Shown here piece by piece: positions 35,251 to 45,248 of a DNA stretch of 64,000 bases. The DNA is taken from contig JAVCCW010000025.1 in NCBI GenBank assembly GCA_030765235.1, forward strand, positions 240 to 64,239, in the 5' to 3' direction. The number at the start of each line of letters is the position of its first letter. Within the stretch, counting starts at the first letter, position 1. Origin of the DNA: Candidatus Gorgyraea atricola. Its GTDB lineage: Bacteria; Omnitrophota; Gorgyraeia; Gorgyraeales; Gorgyraeaceae. A program made the position numbers and the translations under genes. The notes under the pieces are model-generated. The model worked only from the letters and a program-made list of their open reading frames with translations. It was not told where the DNA came from and ran no database searches.

Positions 35251-36951
35251 TTGGAGCAAGAGATGTTAGAATATATTAGTCATATTTTAGACAAGATTTC
35301 TTTTTATCACATTAATGTGCTGTTTCTTTTGGGCCTGGCGCTATTTGGGGGTACCATAGGCGGCCGTATTTTCCAGAAGATGCGAATTCCCCAGGTCGTA
35401 GGATACATAATAATCGGTATTTTAATAGGCCAGTCAGGATTAAAGATCGTTGGAGCGGATATCATAGAAGCACTGAGGCCATTTAATTATTTCGCGCTGG
35501 GGCTTATAGGTTTTATGGTAGGAGGCGAATTAAAGAAAGAGATATTTTCTAAATATGGAAAGCAGTTCAGCTATATCCTTCTCAGCGAAGGCATTGCGCC
35601 GTTTTTATTGGTAAGCATCGCTACAGGTATTATGGGGAGTTTTTTATTTGGGCCTTCGCCTTTTGTATGGGGGCTTGCGCTTCTTTTGGGAGCTATCTCA
35701 TCCGCGACAGATCCAGCCACAACCACATCTGTACTTAAGGAATATAAAACACGAGGCCCTCTGACCACCACTATCTTAGGAATCGTTGCCCTGGACGATG
35801 GCCTGGCCCTATTATTGTTCGCGATCGCATCCAGCATAGCAGGTACTTTAATAGGCCATGGCGATGCAAGTACATGGATTTCAATCATCCACCCGTTTTA
35901 TGAAATAGGCGGCGCTATTATTATAGGTATCTTATCAGGATTGGTTTTAGTAAAGATGCTCAGGAGATATTCAGAGAAAGAAAGGGTGCTTGCCTTTTGT
36001 ATCTCTACAGTGCTTTTGGTAACTGGATTGTCAGTAGCGGCAAATGTAAGCATGCTTTTAGCTGTTATGACATTAGGCGTCATGGTTGTGAATCTCGCGC
36101 CTCGTAAGAGCAAAGAGGCCTTTAGCCTGGTAGAGAGTTTTACGCCGCCGATCTATGTCTTATTCTTTGTGCTTGTAGGCGCAAAACTGACGCTTGGCCA
36201 TCTTACACCGTCTATTTTTCTCCTGGTCTTTGTATATCTTTTCTGCGGGATGTTCGGCAAGATGATAGGCGCTAGTATTGGCGCGCGTCTATCAAAGGCG
36301 CCAAAGACAGTTATAAAGTACCTTCCTTTTTCTCTTTTTAGCCAGGCAGGGGTTGCCATCGGGTTATCCATACTGGCTGCGCAGCATTTTCCAGGCCATA
36401 TTGGCAATACCCTCGTAATTATCATAACGACCACTACTTTTGTGACACAGATCATAGGCCCTCCTTTTACTAAATTCGCAGCCATAAAATCAGGAGAGGC
36501 AGGGTTGAATATTACAGAAGAGGATATAATAAAGAGCTCAAAGGCAGAGGATTTTATGGATAAAAACCCGCCCATTATATATGAGAATATGCACCTGCAG
36601 GATATACTGCAGATCTTTAGCGAAAATGACAGTCTGTACTATCCCATGGTGGACAAAGAGAAAAGACTCCAGGGCATAATAACTGTTGAGGGCATAAAAC
36701 AAACATTTTTGGAAACAGCTATGAGCGGCCTCATTCTAGCGCTGGATTTAATGGAGCCAGTAGTCGCGAAGACAACATGTGATACCCCCATGTCTGATAT
36801 AATAGACCTCTTAAATAGATACAACCTCGAATATCTCCCTGTGGTGGATAAAGCAAACAAGATACAAGGCTTTATAGAACGCAAAAAGCTAAATAAATTC
36901 ATATCTACTAAGATCATAGAACTGCAAAAACAAACTGATTCTCTTGGATAG
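35251..36951 (+). CDS. Monovalent cation:proton antiporter (CPA family) with a C-terminal CBS-domain pair
   Basis: About 11 TM helices followed by tandem CBS-like domains. Confidence 0.75.
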   Translation: MEQEMLEYISHILDKISFYHINVLFLLGLALFGGTIGGRIFQKMRIPQVVGYIIIGILIGQSGLKIVGADIIEALRPFNYFALGLIGFMVGGELKKEIFSKYGKQFSYILLSEGIAPFLLVSIATGIMGSFLFGPSPFVWGLALLLGAISSATDPATTTSVLKEYKTRGPLTTTILGIVALDDGLALLLFAIASSIAGTLIGHGDASTWISIIHPFYEIGGAIIIGILSGLVLVKMLRRYSEKERVLAFCISTVLLVTGLSVAANVSMLLAVMTLGVMVVNLAPRKSKEAFSLVESFTPPIYVLFFVLVGAKLTLGHLTPSIFLLVFVYLFCGMFGKMIGASIGARLSKAPKTVIKYLPFSLFSQAGVAIGLSILAAQHFPGHIGNTLVIIITTTTFVTQIIGPPFTKFAAIKSGEAGLNITEEDIIKSSKAEDFMDKNPPIIYENMHLQDILQIFSENDSLYYPMVDKEKRLQGIITVEGIKQTFLETAMSGLILALDLMEPVVAKTTCDTPMSDIIDLLNRYNLEYLPVVDKANKIQGFIERKKLNKFISTKIIELQKQTDSLG

Positions 36952-36965
36952 ATAGAAAGAACGAG

Positions 36966-37325
36966 ATGAAAAGGTTTTTGTTGTATTTAATAAGATGGCA
37001 GCTTAGCACGCCTATACTTTGGCTGGTTGTAAGGCAGCTGGGCGCGGGCCTGTGGCAGACTATGGTGGCCAATCTGATTGGTGCTAGTATATTTTTCTGG
37101 GTTGATAAGTTTATATTTACCTCCAAAGCAGTAGAGATGTGGCATTTTAAGGAATTAGGCACCTGCGATGCCTGCGGCAAAGAGACTTCTCTATGGAGAC
37201 TGGTATTAGCGCCCAAGTACGATAAAAGAGACTCTGAACCCAGATTCTTCTGCCTCGAATGTTCCAAAAAAAGAACAGACGAACTCAGGCAAAGGGGCAT
37301 AAATATTAGGGGCAGAAGTAGATAA
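36966..37325 (+). CDS. Small membrane protein with a C-terminal zinc-ribbon (CDACGK...CLECSKK)
   Basis: Two TM helices followed by CxxC-N24-CxxC. Confidence 0.45.
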   Translation: MKRFLLYLIRWQLSTPILWLVVRQLGAGLWQTMVANLIGASIFFWVDKFIFTSKAVEMWHFKELGTCDACGKETSLWRLVLAPKYDKRDSEPRFFCLECSKKRTDELRQRGINIRGRSR

Positions 37326-37349
37326 GGCTGCCAAATCCTCCCTTATTCT

Positions 37350-37395
37350 CCTAACTTTACACTTTTCTGACATACAGAAAAGTGTAAAGTTAGGT
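37350..37395 (+). terminator. REP-C palindrome (cctaactttacacttttctg-acata-cagaaaagtgtaaagttagg); hairpin terminator candidate, related in its arm motif aactttaca to REP-B
   Basis: 20-bp perfect inverted arms. Confidence 0.6.
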
Positions 37396-37426
37396 CTAGA
37401 TTCAAAAGAAAAAGGAAATTTTTTCC

Positions 37427-37455
37427 TTGACTAAATACTCTATTTCGTAGATAAT
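37427..37455 (+). promoter_or_regulatory. Sigma70-like promoter of gdhA (TTGACT-17-GATAAT)
   Basis: Read directly. Confidence 0.5.
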
Positions 37456-37467
37456 ATATTATACAAT

Positions 37468-37553
37468 TTGATACAAAGGTGTATCAAGCATGGATAGAAT
37501 TAGGTCAGGACAAAGGTGTTCTAGGTAAAGAATAGGAACACCTTTTTTATTTT
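37468..37553 (+). promoter_or_regulatory. ANTAR-type dual-hexaloop RNA motif overlapping an intrinsic terminator in the gdhA leader. Hairpin 1 ttgatac-AAAGGT-gtatcaa (37468-37487). Hairpin 2 aggac-AAAGGT-gttct (37507-37522). Terminator aaaggtgttc...gaacaccttt + T-tract (37512-37553).
   Basis: Both hexaloops are AAAGGU (A1, G4); hairpin 2 is the 5' arm of a 10-bp terminator stem followed by ttttttatttt; the SD aaggagg and ATG follow. Confidence 0.6.
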
Positions 37554-37566
37554 AAGGAGGATTATT

Positions 37567-38904
37567 ATGCAGAAGAAAATTAAAGACTTTATGGAGCTGG
37601 TTGTAAAGAAGAATCCTGGCGAGATAGAATTTCACCAGGCAGTGCAGGAAGTTGTAGAGTCAGTAATGCCATTTATTGAAAAAAATCCCAAGTATCGGGA
37701 TGCAAAGATACTCGAGAGGATCATTGAGCCAGAGAGAGTACTGATGTTCCGGGTACCATGGCAGGATGATAAGGGCGAGGTCCAGGTAAATAGAGGATTT
37801 CGCATAGAGATGAATAGTGCACTCGGCCCTTATAAAGGAGGCTTGAGGCTTCATCCGAGCGTATATATTGGGATCTTGAAGTTCCTGGCATTTGAGCAGG
37901 TGTTTAAGAACAGTTTGACCACGCTTCCTATGGGCGGCGGCAAAGGCGGTTCTGACTTTGACCCAAAGGGTAAGTCAGATAACGAGGTAATGAGATTCTG
38001 CCAGAGTTTTATGACAGAGCTGCAGCGCCATATCGGCCCAAACACAGATGTGCCAGCAGGAGATATAGGTGTAGGTGGTCGTGAGATAGGATTTATGTTC
38101 GGGCAGTACAAAAGGCTTCGCAATGAGTTTACAGGCATACTTACAGGCAAGGCCTTAAACTGGGGTGGAAGCTTGATAAGGCCAGAGGCAACGGGTTATG
38201 GCTGCGTATATTTTGCTGAAGAGATGTTAAAGACCAGGGGTGAATCTTTTAAAGGAAAGATCTGCGCTATTTCTGGTGCAGGCAATGTCGCGCAGTACAC
38301 TGTTGAAAAACTTCTCCAGCTAGGCGCAAAGTCAGTCACGCTCTCAGACTCCGGCGGGTACATCTATGATCCAGATGGAATAAGCGAGCAGAAGTTAGAG
38401 TTTGTGATGAAGCTAAAGAATGTACGTCGTGGCAGGATCAAGGAATACGCCGCGAAGTACAATTGTAAATATGTTGAAGGCAAGCGGCCGTGGGAAGTGA
38501 AGTGCGATTGCGCATTTCCGTCTGCTACGCAGAATGAAATACACGAGTCCGATGCTAAGCACCTTGTTAAAAATGGTTGCATGCTGGTTGCAGAGGGCGC
38601 GAACATGCCTACTGCGCCAGAAGCAATAAAGGTATTCCAGAAGGCAAAGATCCTGTATGGACCTGGCAAGGCATCAAATGCAGGAGGCGTTGCCACGAGT
38701 GGTTTAGAGATGTCGCAGAATAGCTTGAGGCTATCCTGGACAAGGGAAGAAGTGGACGGTAGACTGCATGATATAATGATCAAGATCCACGAAACTTGTG
38801 TTAAATACGGAAAACAAGGAAATGTTGTTGACTATGTAAAAGGCGCAAACCTTGGGGGTTTTGTAAAAGTAGCTGATGCAATGCTGGATCAGGGTTTGGT
38901 CTAA
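37567..38904 (+). CDS. gdhA: NADP-specific glutamate dehydrogenase
   Basis: ...KGGLRLHPSV..., GGGKGGSDFDPKGKSD, ...GAGNVAQY... motifs. Confidence 0.9.
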   Translation: MQKKIKDFMELVVKKNPGEIEFHQAVQEVVESVMPFIEKNPKYRDAKILERIIEPERVLMFRVPWQDDKGEVQVNRGFRIEMNSALGPYKGGLRLHPSVYIGILKFLAFEQVFKNSLTTLPMGGGKGGSDFDPKGKSDNEVMRFCQSFMTELQRHIGPNTDVPAGDIGVGGREIGFMFGQYKRLRNEFTGILTGKALNWGGSLIRPEATGYGCVYFAEEMLKTRGESFKGKICAISGAGNVAQYTVEKLLQLGAKSVTLSDSGGYIYDPDGISEQKLEFVMKLKNVRRGRIKEYAAKYNCKYVEGKRPWEVKCDCAFPSATQNEIHESDAKHLVKNGCMLVAEGANMPTAPEAIKVFQKAKILYGPGKASNAGGVATSGLEMSQNSLRLSWTREEVDGRLHDIMIKIHETCVKYGKQGNVVDYVKGANLGGFVKVADAMLDQGLV

Positions 38905-38944
38905 AACATTACACTAAAGTATAATGTATGTGCTTAATATGCGA

Positions 38945-38990
38945 TTTGCAATGGGGCGTTCTGAATAAGGGCGCCCCTTTCGCTTTTTTA
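38945..38990 (+). terminator. Intrinsic terminator after gdhA (gggcg...cgccc hairpin followed by a T-tract)
   Basis: ggggcgttctgaataagggcgcccctttcgctttttta. Confidence 0.5.
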
Positions 38991-39047
38991 GGCATTTACT
39001 CGGAACGTGCTTCGTGCTATAATGGGCCGTTAAAAAGGGGGTAAGTT

Positions 39048-42000
39048 GTGCCAAAGATCCAAGACATCAACAAGGTGCTGATTATAGGTTCTGGCCCGAT
39101 CGTGATAGGCCAGGCGTGCGAGTTTGACTATTCAGGGACACAGGCGTGCAAAGCATTGCGCGCTGCAGGATATAAGATCGTGCTTGTAAACTCTAACCCA
39201 GCTACAATTATGACAGATCCTGGAATGGCTGATGTCACCTATATAGAGCCGCTTAACGTTGAAAGAATTACCAGTATTATTGAAAAGGAAAGGCCAGACG
39301 CGCTTTTACCAAATCTTGGCGGGCAGACCGGGCTGAACCTATCCAGCGAGCTATCAAAAAAAGGCATTCTTAAGAAATTCGGCTGTAGGATCATAGGCGT
39401 GCAGCCAGATGCTATTGAGAGGGGCGAGGATAGGCTAGCATTTAAAGAGACAATGAAAAAGCTGGGCATCCCCATGCCAAAGAGTGAGCTTGCATATTCT
39501 GTTACAGAGGCTAAAAAAATTGCTCATAGTCTAGGTTATCCTATTATTATCAGGCCTGCATATACCATGGGCGGGACAGGTGGTGGAGCAGTATTTAATG
39601 ACGAAGAACTTGAGGTAATAGCTGCAAGAGGCATATCAGTGAGTCTCATTGGTCAGATCCTTGTTGAGGAGTCTGTTCTTGGCTGGGAAGAGTTAGAGCT
39701 TGAGGTAGTAAGGGATAGAGAGTCGAATAAGATCACAGTTTGTTTTATAGAAAATATTGACCCAATGGGCGTTCATACAGGAGATTCTTTTTGCTCTGCC
39801 CCTATGCTCACAGTGGAAAAAGAGATACAAAAGAAGCTTCAGGATTATTCCTATAAGATAGTTGATGCGATCGGCGTTATTGGCGGCACAAATGTTCAGT
39901 TTGCGCGAAAACCTAAAGACGATAGAGTGGTTGTAATAGAGATCAACCCAAGAACATCGCGTTCATCAGCCTTGGCAAGTAAGGCAACAGGTTTTCCGAT
40001 CGCGCTTGTATCATCCATGCTCGCAGGCGGGGATCTTTTAAGAGATATCCCTTACTGGCGCGACGGCACACTGGATAAATATACTCCTTCAGGAGATTAT
40101 GTGGTAATAAAATTTGCGCGCTGGGCGTTTGAAAAATTCAAGGGCATAAAAGACCAGCTTGGCACGCAGATGAGGGCTGTGGGCGAGGTAATGAGTATTG
40201 GCAAGACGTATAAAGAGGCATTTCAAAAGGCAATAAGGAGTCTTGAGAGAAAACGCTATGGTCTTGGTTTTGCTAAAAATTTCAACGAGCTTTCCCTGGA
40301 TGAATTAAGAAAGCTTCTTGCGTATCCCACGTCTGAAAGACAGTTTATTATGTATGAGGCGCTTAGAAAAGGCGCGAGCGTGGATGAGCTATATGATAAG
40401 ACATGCATACATAGATATTTTATCACGCAGATGAAAGAGCTTGTGGAGTTAGAAGAAGAGATTCTGAAATATAAAAGTAAGAAGCTCCCGGATGATATGC
40501 TCATAAAGGCAAAGGAAGATGGTTTTTCAGATAAATACCTGAGCCAGATTTTAGGTGTTAGTGAGAAAGAGATTCGCGAGAGACGTCTTAAGCTTGGCAA
40601 GACAGAGGCATGGCATGCGGTTCCTGTGAGCGGCGCAGAAAATGCAGCTTATTATTATTCGACTTACAGGGCGCCGGATAAGGTCAGTGTATCGTCTAAT
40701 AAAAAGATAATGATACTCGGTGGCGGGCCAAATAGGATCGGCCAGGGGATAGAGTTTGATTATTGCTGCTGTCATGCTGCATTTGCGCTCAGGGATCTGG
40801 GCTACGAGAGCATAATGGTCAATTGTAACCCTGAGACAGTTTCAACAGACTATGATACATCCGATAAACTTTATTTTGAGCCTTTGACTGTCGAAGATGT
40901 ATTGAGTATTTACAATAAAGAGAAGCCAGAAGGTGTGATCGTGCAGTTCGGCGGACAGACACCTCTTAATATTGCAAAAGAATTAGAGGATGCAGGTGTA
41001 AAAATACTTGGCACCTCTGTTGAAAGCATTGATCTTGCAGAGGATAGAGAGAATTTTGCTAAGGTAATGAAGAAGATGGATATTCCACAGCCAGAGAGTG
41101 GCATGGCGAGTACGCTCGAGCAGGCTTTGAAGATTGCAGAGAGAATTGGATACCCGCTTGTTGTAAGGCCTTCATATGTCTTGGGTGGAAGAGGCATGGA
41201 GATTGTCTATGATGAGGAGATGCTAAGAGATTATGTAAAGGCAGCAGTTGATGTATCTCCTGACAGGCCGATTCTCATAGATAAGTTCTTAGAAGATGCT
41301 GTAGAGGTAGAGGCAGATGCTATTTCAGACGGAGAGGATGTGTATATTCCGTCGATTATGGAGCACATAGAAGAGGCAGGCATACATTCTGGAGACTCAG
41401 CCTGCGTTATTCCTCCAAAGACAATACCTAAAAAACACATAGATACTATCTCTAGCTACACGCAAAAGATCGCGCAAAAGTTAAAGGTCGTGGGCCTTAT
41501 GAATATACAATATGCGATTGCAAAGGATAAGGTCTATGTCCTGGAGGCAAATCCCAGGGCGTCAAGGACTGTTCCTATAGTATCAAAAGTAGCTGGTATT
41601 TCCATGGCGAGGATAGCGACAGAGGTTATGCTTGGCAAGAAAATAAAGGACATGAATCTTAAGCCAAAGAAATACAAGCACTATGGCGTAAAAGAGGCTG
41701 TGTTCCCATTTTACATGTTTCAGGAAGTGGATCCCGTACTGGGTCCTGAGATGCGTTCTACAGGAGAGGTCATGGGCCTTGCTGATTCAGCAGGACTGGC
41801 GTATTTCAAAGCGCAAGAGGCAGCTGGCTTAAGACTTCCTACAGAAGGCACAGTACTTGTGACAGTCGCTGATAAGGATAAGAAGAAAAACATTGCTACG
41901 GCAGTAAAAAAACTAAAGGAACTTGGCCTTAAAGTAGTGACAACAGAAGGCACAAAGAAATTTTTGGCCAAACACGGTATTGAAGCAGAACTTATTAAAA

Positions 42001-42251
42001 AGACACATGAGGGAAGACCGAATATCATAGATGCTATTAACAATAAAGAGATAAAGCTTATTATCAATACGCCTGCTGGAAAGACCGCGGCATATGATGA
42101 TTCGTATATTCGTAAGAATGCGATCAAGCATAAGATCCCGTATATCACGACACCAGCGGCAGCTGTTGCAGTAGCGGATGGCATAAAGTCTTATCTTGAG
42201 AACAAGGGCGATGTAAAATCGCTGCAGCAATATCATTCGGAAATAACATAA
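39048..42251 (+). CDS. carB: Carbamoyl-phosphate synthase large subunit (GTG start)
   Basis: Two ATP-grasp halves and an MGS-like C-terminal domain; 1067 aa; promoter tgcTATAAT about 25 nt upstream. Confidence 0.9.
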   Translation: MPKIQDINKVLIIGSGPIVIGQACEFDYSGTQACKALRAAGYKIVLVNSNPATIMTDPGMADVTYIEPLNVERITSIIEKERPDALLPNLGGQTGLNLSSELSKKGILKKFGCRIIGVQPDAIERGEDRLAFKETMKKLGIPMPKSELAYSVTEAKKIAHSLGYPIIIRPAYTMGGTGGGAVFNDEELEVIAARGISVSLIGQILVEESVLGWEELELEVVRDRESNKITVCFIENIDPMGVHTGDSFCSAPMLTVEKEIQKKLQDYSYKIVDAIGVIGGTNVQFARKPKDDRVVVIEINPRTSRSSALASKATGFPIALVSSMLAGGDLLRDIPYWRDGTLDKYTPSGDYVVIKFARWAFEKFKGIKDQLGTQMRAVGEVMSIGKTYKEAFQKAIRSLERKRYGLGFAKNFNELSLDELRKLLAYPTSERQFIMYEALRKGASVDELYDKTCIHRYFITQMKELVELEEEILKYKSKKLPDDMLIKAKEDGFSDKYLSQILGVSEKEIRERRLKLGKTEAWHAVPVSGAENAAYYYSTYRAPDKVSVSSNKKIMILGGGPNRIGQGIEFDYCCCHAAFALRDLGYESIMVNCNPETVSTDYDTSDKLYFEPLTVEDVLSIYNKEKPEGVIVQFGGQTPLNIAKELEDAGVKILGTSVESIDLAEDRENFAKVMKKMDIPQPESGMASTLEQALKIAERIGYPLVVRPSYVLGGRGMEIVYDEEMLRDYVKAAVDVSPDRPILIDKFLEDAVEVEADAISDGEDVYIPSIMEHIEEAGIHSGDSACVIPPKTIPKKHIDTISSYTQKIAQKLKVVGLMNIQYAIAKDKVYVLEANPRASRTVPIVSKVAGISMARIATEVMLGKKIKDMNLKPKKYKHYGVKEAVFPFYMFQEVDPVLGPEMRSTGEVMGLADSAGLAYFKAQEAAGLRLPTEGTVLVTVADKDKKKNIATAVKKLKELGLKVVTTEGTKKFLAKHGIEAELIKKTHEGRPNIIDAINNKEIKLIINTPAGKTAAYDDSYIRKNAIKHKIPYITTPAAAVAVADGIKSYLENKGDVKSLQQYHSEIT

Positions 42252-42252
42252 T

Positions 42253-43788
42253 ATGTTCAAACGCGTCGTTACAAAAAAAATAAGTTTTGACAACGAAAAA
42301 TACCTCTCAGAGCAGACCAAGGAGATCCTCTCCAGGGTCAAAAAATTCGACAACAAGCTCTATCTGGAATTCGGAGGTAAGATATGTTTTGATTACCATG
42401 CCGCAAGGGTGTTGCCGGGCTATGACCCGAATGTCAAGATGCGACTTCTTGAAAAGCTTAAAGATTATACTGAGATAATTGTAAGCGTGTATGCAAAAGA
42501 TATTGAACAGGGTCGAGTGAGAGGAGATTACGGCATAACATATGACCTTGCTACATTAAAGTTAATAGATGATCTGAGGGCGTGGAACCTTAATGTTACA
42601 TCTGTTATACTCACGAGGTTTAATAACGAGCCAGCCGCAGTTAAGTTTAAACGCAGACTTGAAAAGTTAGGGCTTAAGGTCTATAAGCATGTAGAGATAA
42701 AAGGCTATCCGCATGACATTGAAACAATAGTAAGCGCTGGCGGTTATGGGAAAAATGATTATATCGAGACAAAAAAACCTATAGTTGTCATGACTGCGCC
42801 TGGTCCAGGAAGCGGGAAGCTCGCCACATGTCTTTCTCAGCTTTATCATGATCACGTAAAGGGAATAAATTCAGGCTACGCAAAGTTCGAGACATTCCCC
42901 ATATGGAACCTGACGCTTAATCATCCTGTGAACATTGCTTATGAAGCCGCAACAGTTGATCTGGCTGATTTTAATCTGATCGACCCATTTCATCTCGAAA
43001 GATACAAAGAGGAAACAATAAATTATAACCGCGATGTCGACGCATTCCCCATATTAAGGAATATTATCCATAAGATCACAGGCTCCAGCGACAGTTATTA
43101 TAATTCACCGACAGATATGGGTGTTAATAGGGCTGGTTTTGGCATAATAGATGATGAAGGCACTCGTGTGGCTGCAAAAGAAGAGATAATCCGAAGATAC
43201 TTTCGCCATAATCTGGAATTTGCAATTGGTACCGGCACCAAAGAAGAGGTTGAGCGCTCAGTTGCGATCATGGATAAGGCAGGTGTTAAAGTTGAAGATA
43301 GATCTGTAGTTCTTCCTGCCAGAAAATCAGCAGAGGATTGCAGAAAAAAGGGCAAGGGCAATAAAGGCTATTACTGCGGCGCTGCGATCGAGCTCAGCGA
43401 CGGTAAGATCGTGACGGGTAAGAATTCTCCTGTTATGCATGCGGCATCCGCAGCTATTATAAATGCGATAAAACATCTTGCAGGTATTGGCGATAAAGTA
43501 CATATACTCAAGCCAGAGGTCATGAGCGATCTATCTAAATTGAAAAAAGATATATTAAGAATGAGTTCAGAAAGTTTAACCCTGGATGAAATATTAGTAG
43601 CGTTATCTATAAGCGCACATACAGATAAAAACGCAAAAAAAGCCCTGTCCATGCTCAAAGACTTGAGTGGATGCGAACTTCACAATACGCACCTTCCTAC
43701 GCCCGGAGATGAAGCAGGACTCAGGAGACTTGGCATAAATTTCACAACAGACGCAATTCCATCGTCGAGCTTGTTTTTTAATTACTAA
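42253..43788 (+). CDS. UPF0371 / DUF1846-family protein
   Basis: ...LYLEFGGKICFDYHAARVLPGYDPN... matches the conserved N-terminal block of UPF0371 proteins as recalled; not verified. Confidence 0.55.
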   Translation: MFKRVVTKKISFDNEKYLSEQTKEILSRVKKFDNKLYLEFGGKICFDYHAARVLPGYDPNVKMRLLEKLKDYTEIIVSVYAKDIEQGRVRGDYGITYDLATLKLIDDLRAWNLNVTSVILTRFNNEPAAVKFKRRLEKLGLKVYKHVEIKGYPHDIETIVSAGGYGKNDYIETKKPIVVMTAPGPGSGKLATCLSQLYHDHVKGINSGYAKFETFPIWNLTLNHPVNIAYEAATVDLADFNLIDPFHLERYKEETINYNRDVDAFPILRNIIHKITGSSDSYYNSPTDMGVNRAGFGIIDDEGTRVAAKEEIIRRYFRHNLEFAIGTGTKEEVERSVAIMDKAGVKVEDRSVVLPARKSAEDCRKKGKGNKGYYCGAAIELSDGKIVTGKNSPVMHAASAAIINAIKHLAGIGDKVHILKPEVMSDLSKLKKDILRMSSESLTLDEILVALSISAHTDKNAKKALSMLKDLSGCELHNTHLPTPGDEAGLRRLGINFTTDAIPSSSLFFNY

Positions 43789-43803
43789 CCAGGAGGCTTA
43801 CAC

Positions 43804-45222
43804 ATGAGTGGCATATTTGGAGTAGCAGCAGAGAAGAATTGTACATTGGATCTATTTTATGGGGTTGACTATCATACTCACCTGGGCACAGAGTACGGCG
43901 GAATAGCTGTATCGACAGACAAGAGGATCTACAGGCAGATCCATGACATATCTCAGAGCCAGTTTAAATCCAAGTTTTACGAAGACTATAAAAAATTCGG
44001 AGGAAAGTATGGCATTGGCGTAATAAGCGATTCTGACGCGCAGCCCATGTTTTTAAATGCCAAATTCGGATCGTTTGCAATATGCATGACAGGTCTTATA
44101 GAAAATACAGGACAGCTTATAAAGGAGCTGCACAAAAGAGGCCATTCTTTTAGCGAGACAGAAGGCGGGTCTTCAAATAGCGTCGAGGTGGTGGCAAAAC
44201 TCATAAGCGAGGGAGAAGATTTTGTAAGTGGTATTGAGAATATGTCTAGCAAGATCATAGGTTCTGCCAGCGTACTTTTACTTTGTAAAGACGGTATATA
44301 TGCGGCAAGAGACAGATTTGGGTATACGCCACTTGTTGTAGGAAAAAGAGGAAATGATTTTGCTGTTTGTTCAGAGTCATGCGCTTTTCCTAACACGGAT
44401 TTCAAGATCCAGAAATTTCTTTCACCTGGCGAGATAGTTTTAGTGAATGATAAGGGCGTGAAACAGGTAAGAGGCCCGAAAGACGTAAATCAGATATGCT
44501 CATTTTTATGGATATATACGGGATTTCCAGCCTCTACTTATGAAGGCGTAGGTGTTGAGACAGTAAGGGAAAGATGTGGCAGGACTTTAGCAAAGCGTGA
44601 CAAGGATATAGAAGTGGATGTTATTTCCGGCATTCCAGATTCAGGCGTTGCGCATGCGATCGGCTATAGCATGGAGTCGAAAAAACCATATAGGCGGCCA
44701 CTTGTAAAATACACGCCTGGGTACGGTAGAAGCTATACCCCGCCTGTCCAGGAGATAAGGGACCGTGTGGCAAAGATGAAGCTTATACCTGTAAAGGATG
44801 TCATAAATGGGAATAGAATCATTGTGTGCGACGATTCTATTGTAAGAGGGACACAACTTAAGAACTTTGCTATTAATAAGCTCTGGGACAATGGCGCAAA
44901 AGAGATACACGCAAGGCCAGCATGTCCGCCACTGATGTTTCCGTGCAAATTCTGTTTATCCACAAGATCTATCAGTGAGCTCGCAGCGCGCCGAGCAATA
45001 AGGAATATAGAGGGTAAAGATATCGACGATGTCTCGAAATATACAGACGACACCACCCCAGAATACAAGAAGATGATCAAGTGGATTGAAAAAGATATTG
45101 GCGTTACCACACTCCGCTATCAGAGGCTTGATGATATGATAAAAGCAATAGGCCTTCCTCGCGAAAAACTTTGCACCTATTGCTGGAATGGCGAGTGCCG
45201 AGCCAAAGGCAATCTCATTTGA
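43804..45222 (+). CDS. Amidophosphoribosyltransferase (PurF)-like protein with Ser in place of the N-terminal Cys nucleophile
   Basis: N-terminus MSGIFGV... (PurF has MCGIVGI...); PRPP-binding motif IIVCDDSIVRGTQL; C-terminal Cys cluster CPPLMFPCKFC. Confidence 0.7.
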   Translation: MSGIFGVAAEKNCTLDLFYGVDYHTHLGTEYGGIAVSTDKRIYRQIHDISQSQFKSKFYEDYKKFGGKYGIGVISDSDAQPMFLNAKFGSFAICMTGLIENTGQLIKELHKRGHSFSETEGGSSNSVEVVAKLISEGEDFVSGIENMSSKIIGSASVLLLCKDGIYAARDRFGYTPLVVGKRGNDFAVCSESCAFPNTDFKIQKFLSPGEIVLVNDKGVKQVRGPKDVNQICSFLWIYTGFPASTYEGVGVETVRERCGRTLAKRDKDIEVDVISGIPDSGVAHAIGYSMESKKPYRRPLVKYTPGYGRSYTPPVQEIRDRVAKMKLIPVKDVINGNRIIVCDDSIVRGTQLKNFAINKLWDNGAKEIHARPACPPLMFPCKFCLSTRSISELAARRAIRNIEGKDIDDVSKYTDDTTPEYKKMIKWIEKDIGVTTLRYQRLDDMIKAIGLPREKLCTYCWNGECRAKGNLI

Positions 45223-45248
45223 GATCCTTCAGCCCTTTGGGCTTCAGG

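Noticed and set aside
37468-37487. FNR/CRP-type (TTGAT...ATCAA) or TnrA/GlnR-type operator at gdhA
   Set aside because: The spacing (TTGATACA-N4-TGTATCAA) does not fit FNR (N4 between the TTGAT/ATCAA half-sites) or the TnrA 17-mer. The site lies downstream of the -10 in the transcribed leader and forms, with a second identical-loop hairpin, an ANTAR-type RNA motif, which explains it better.
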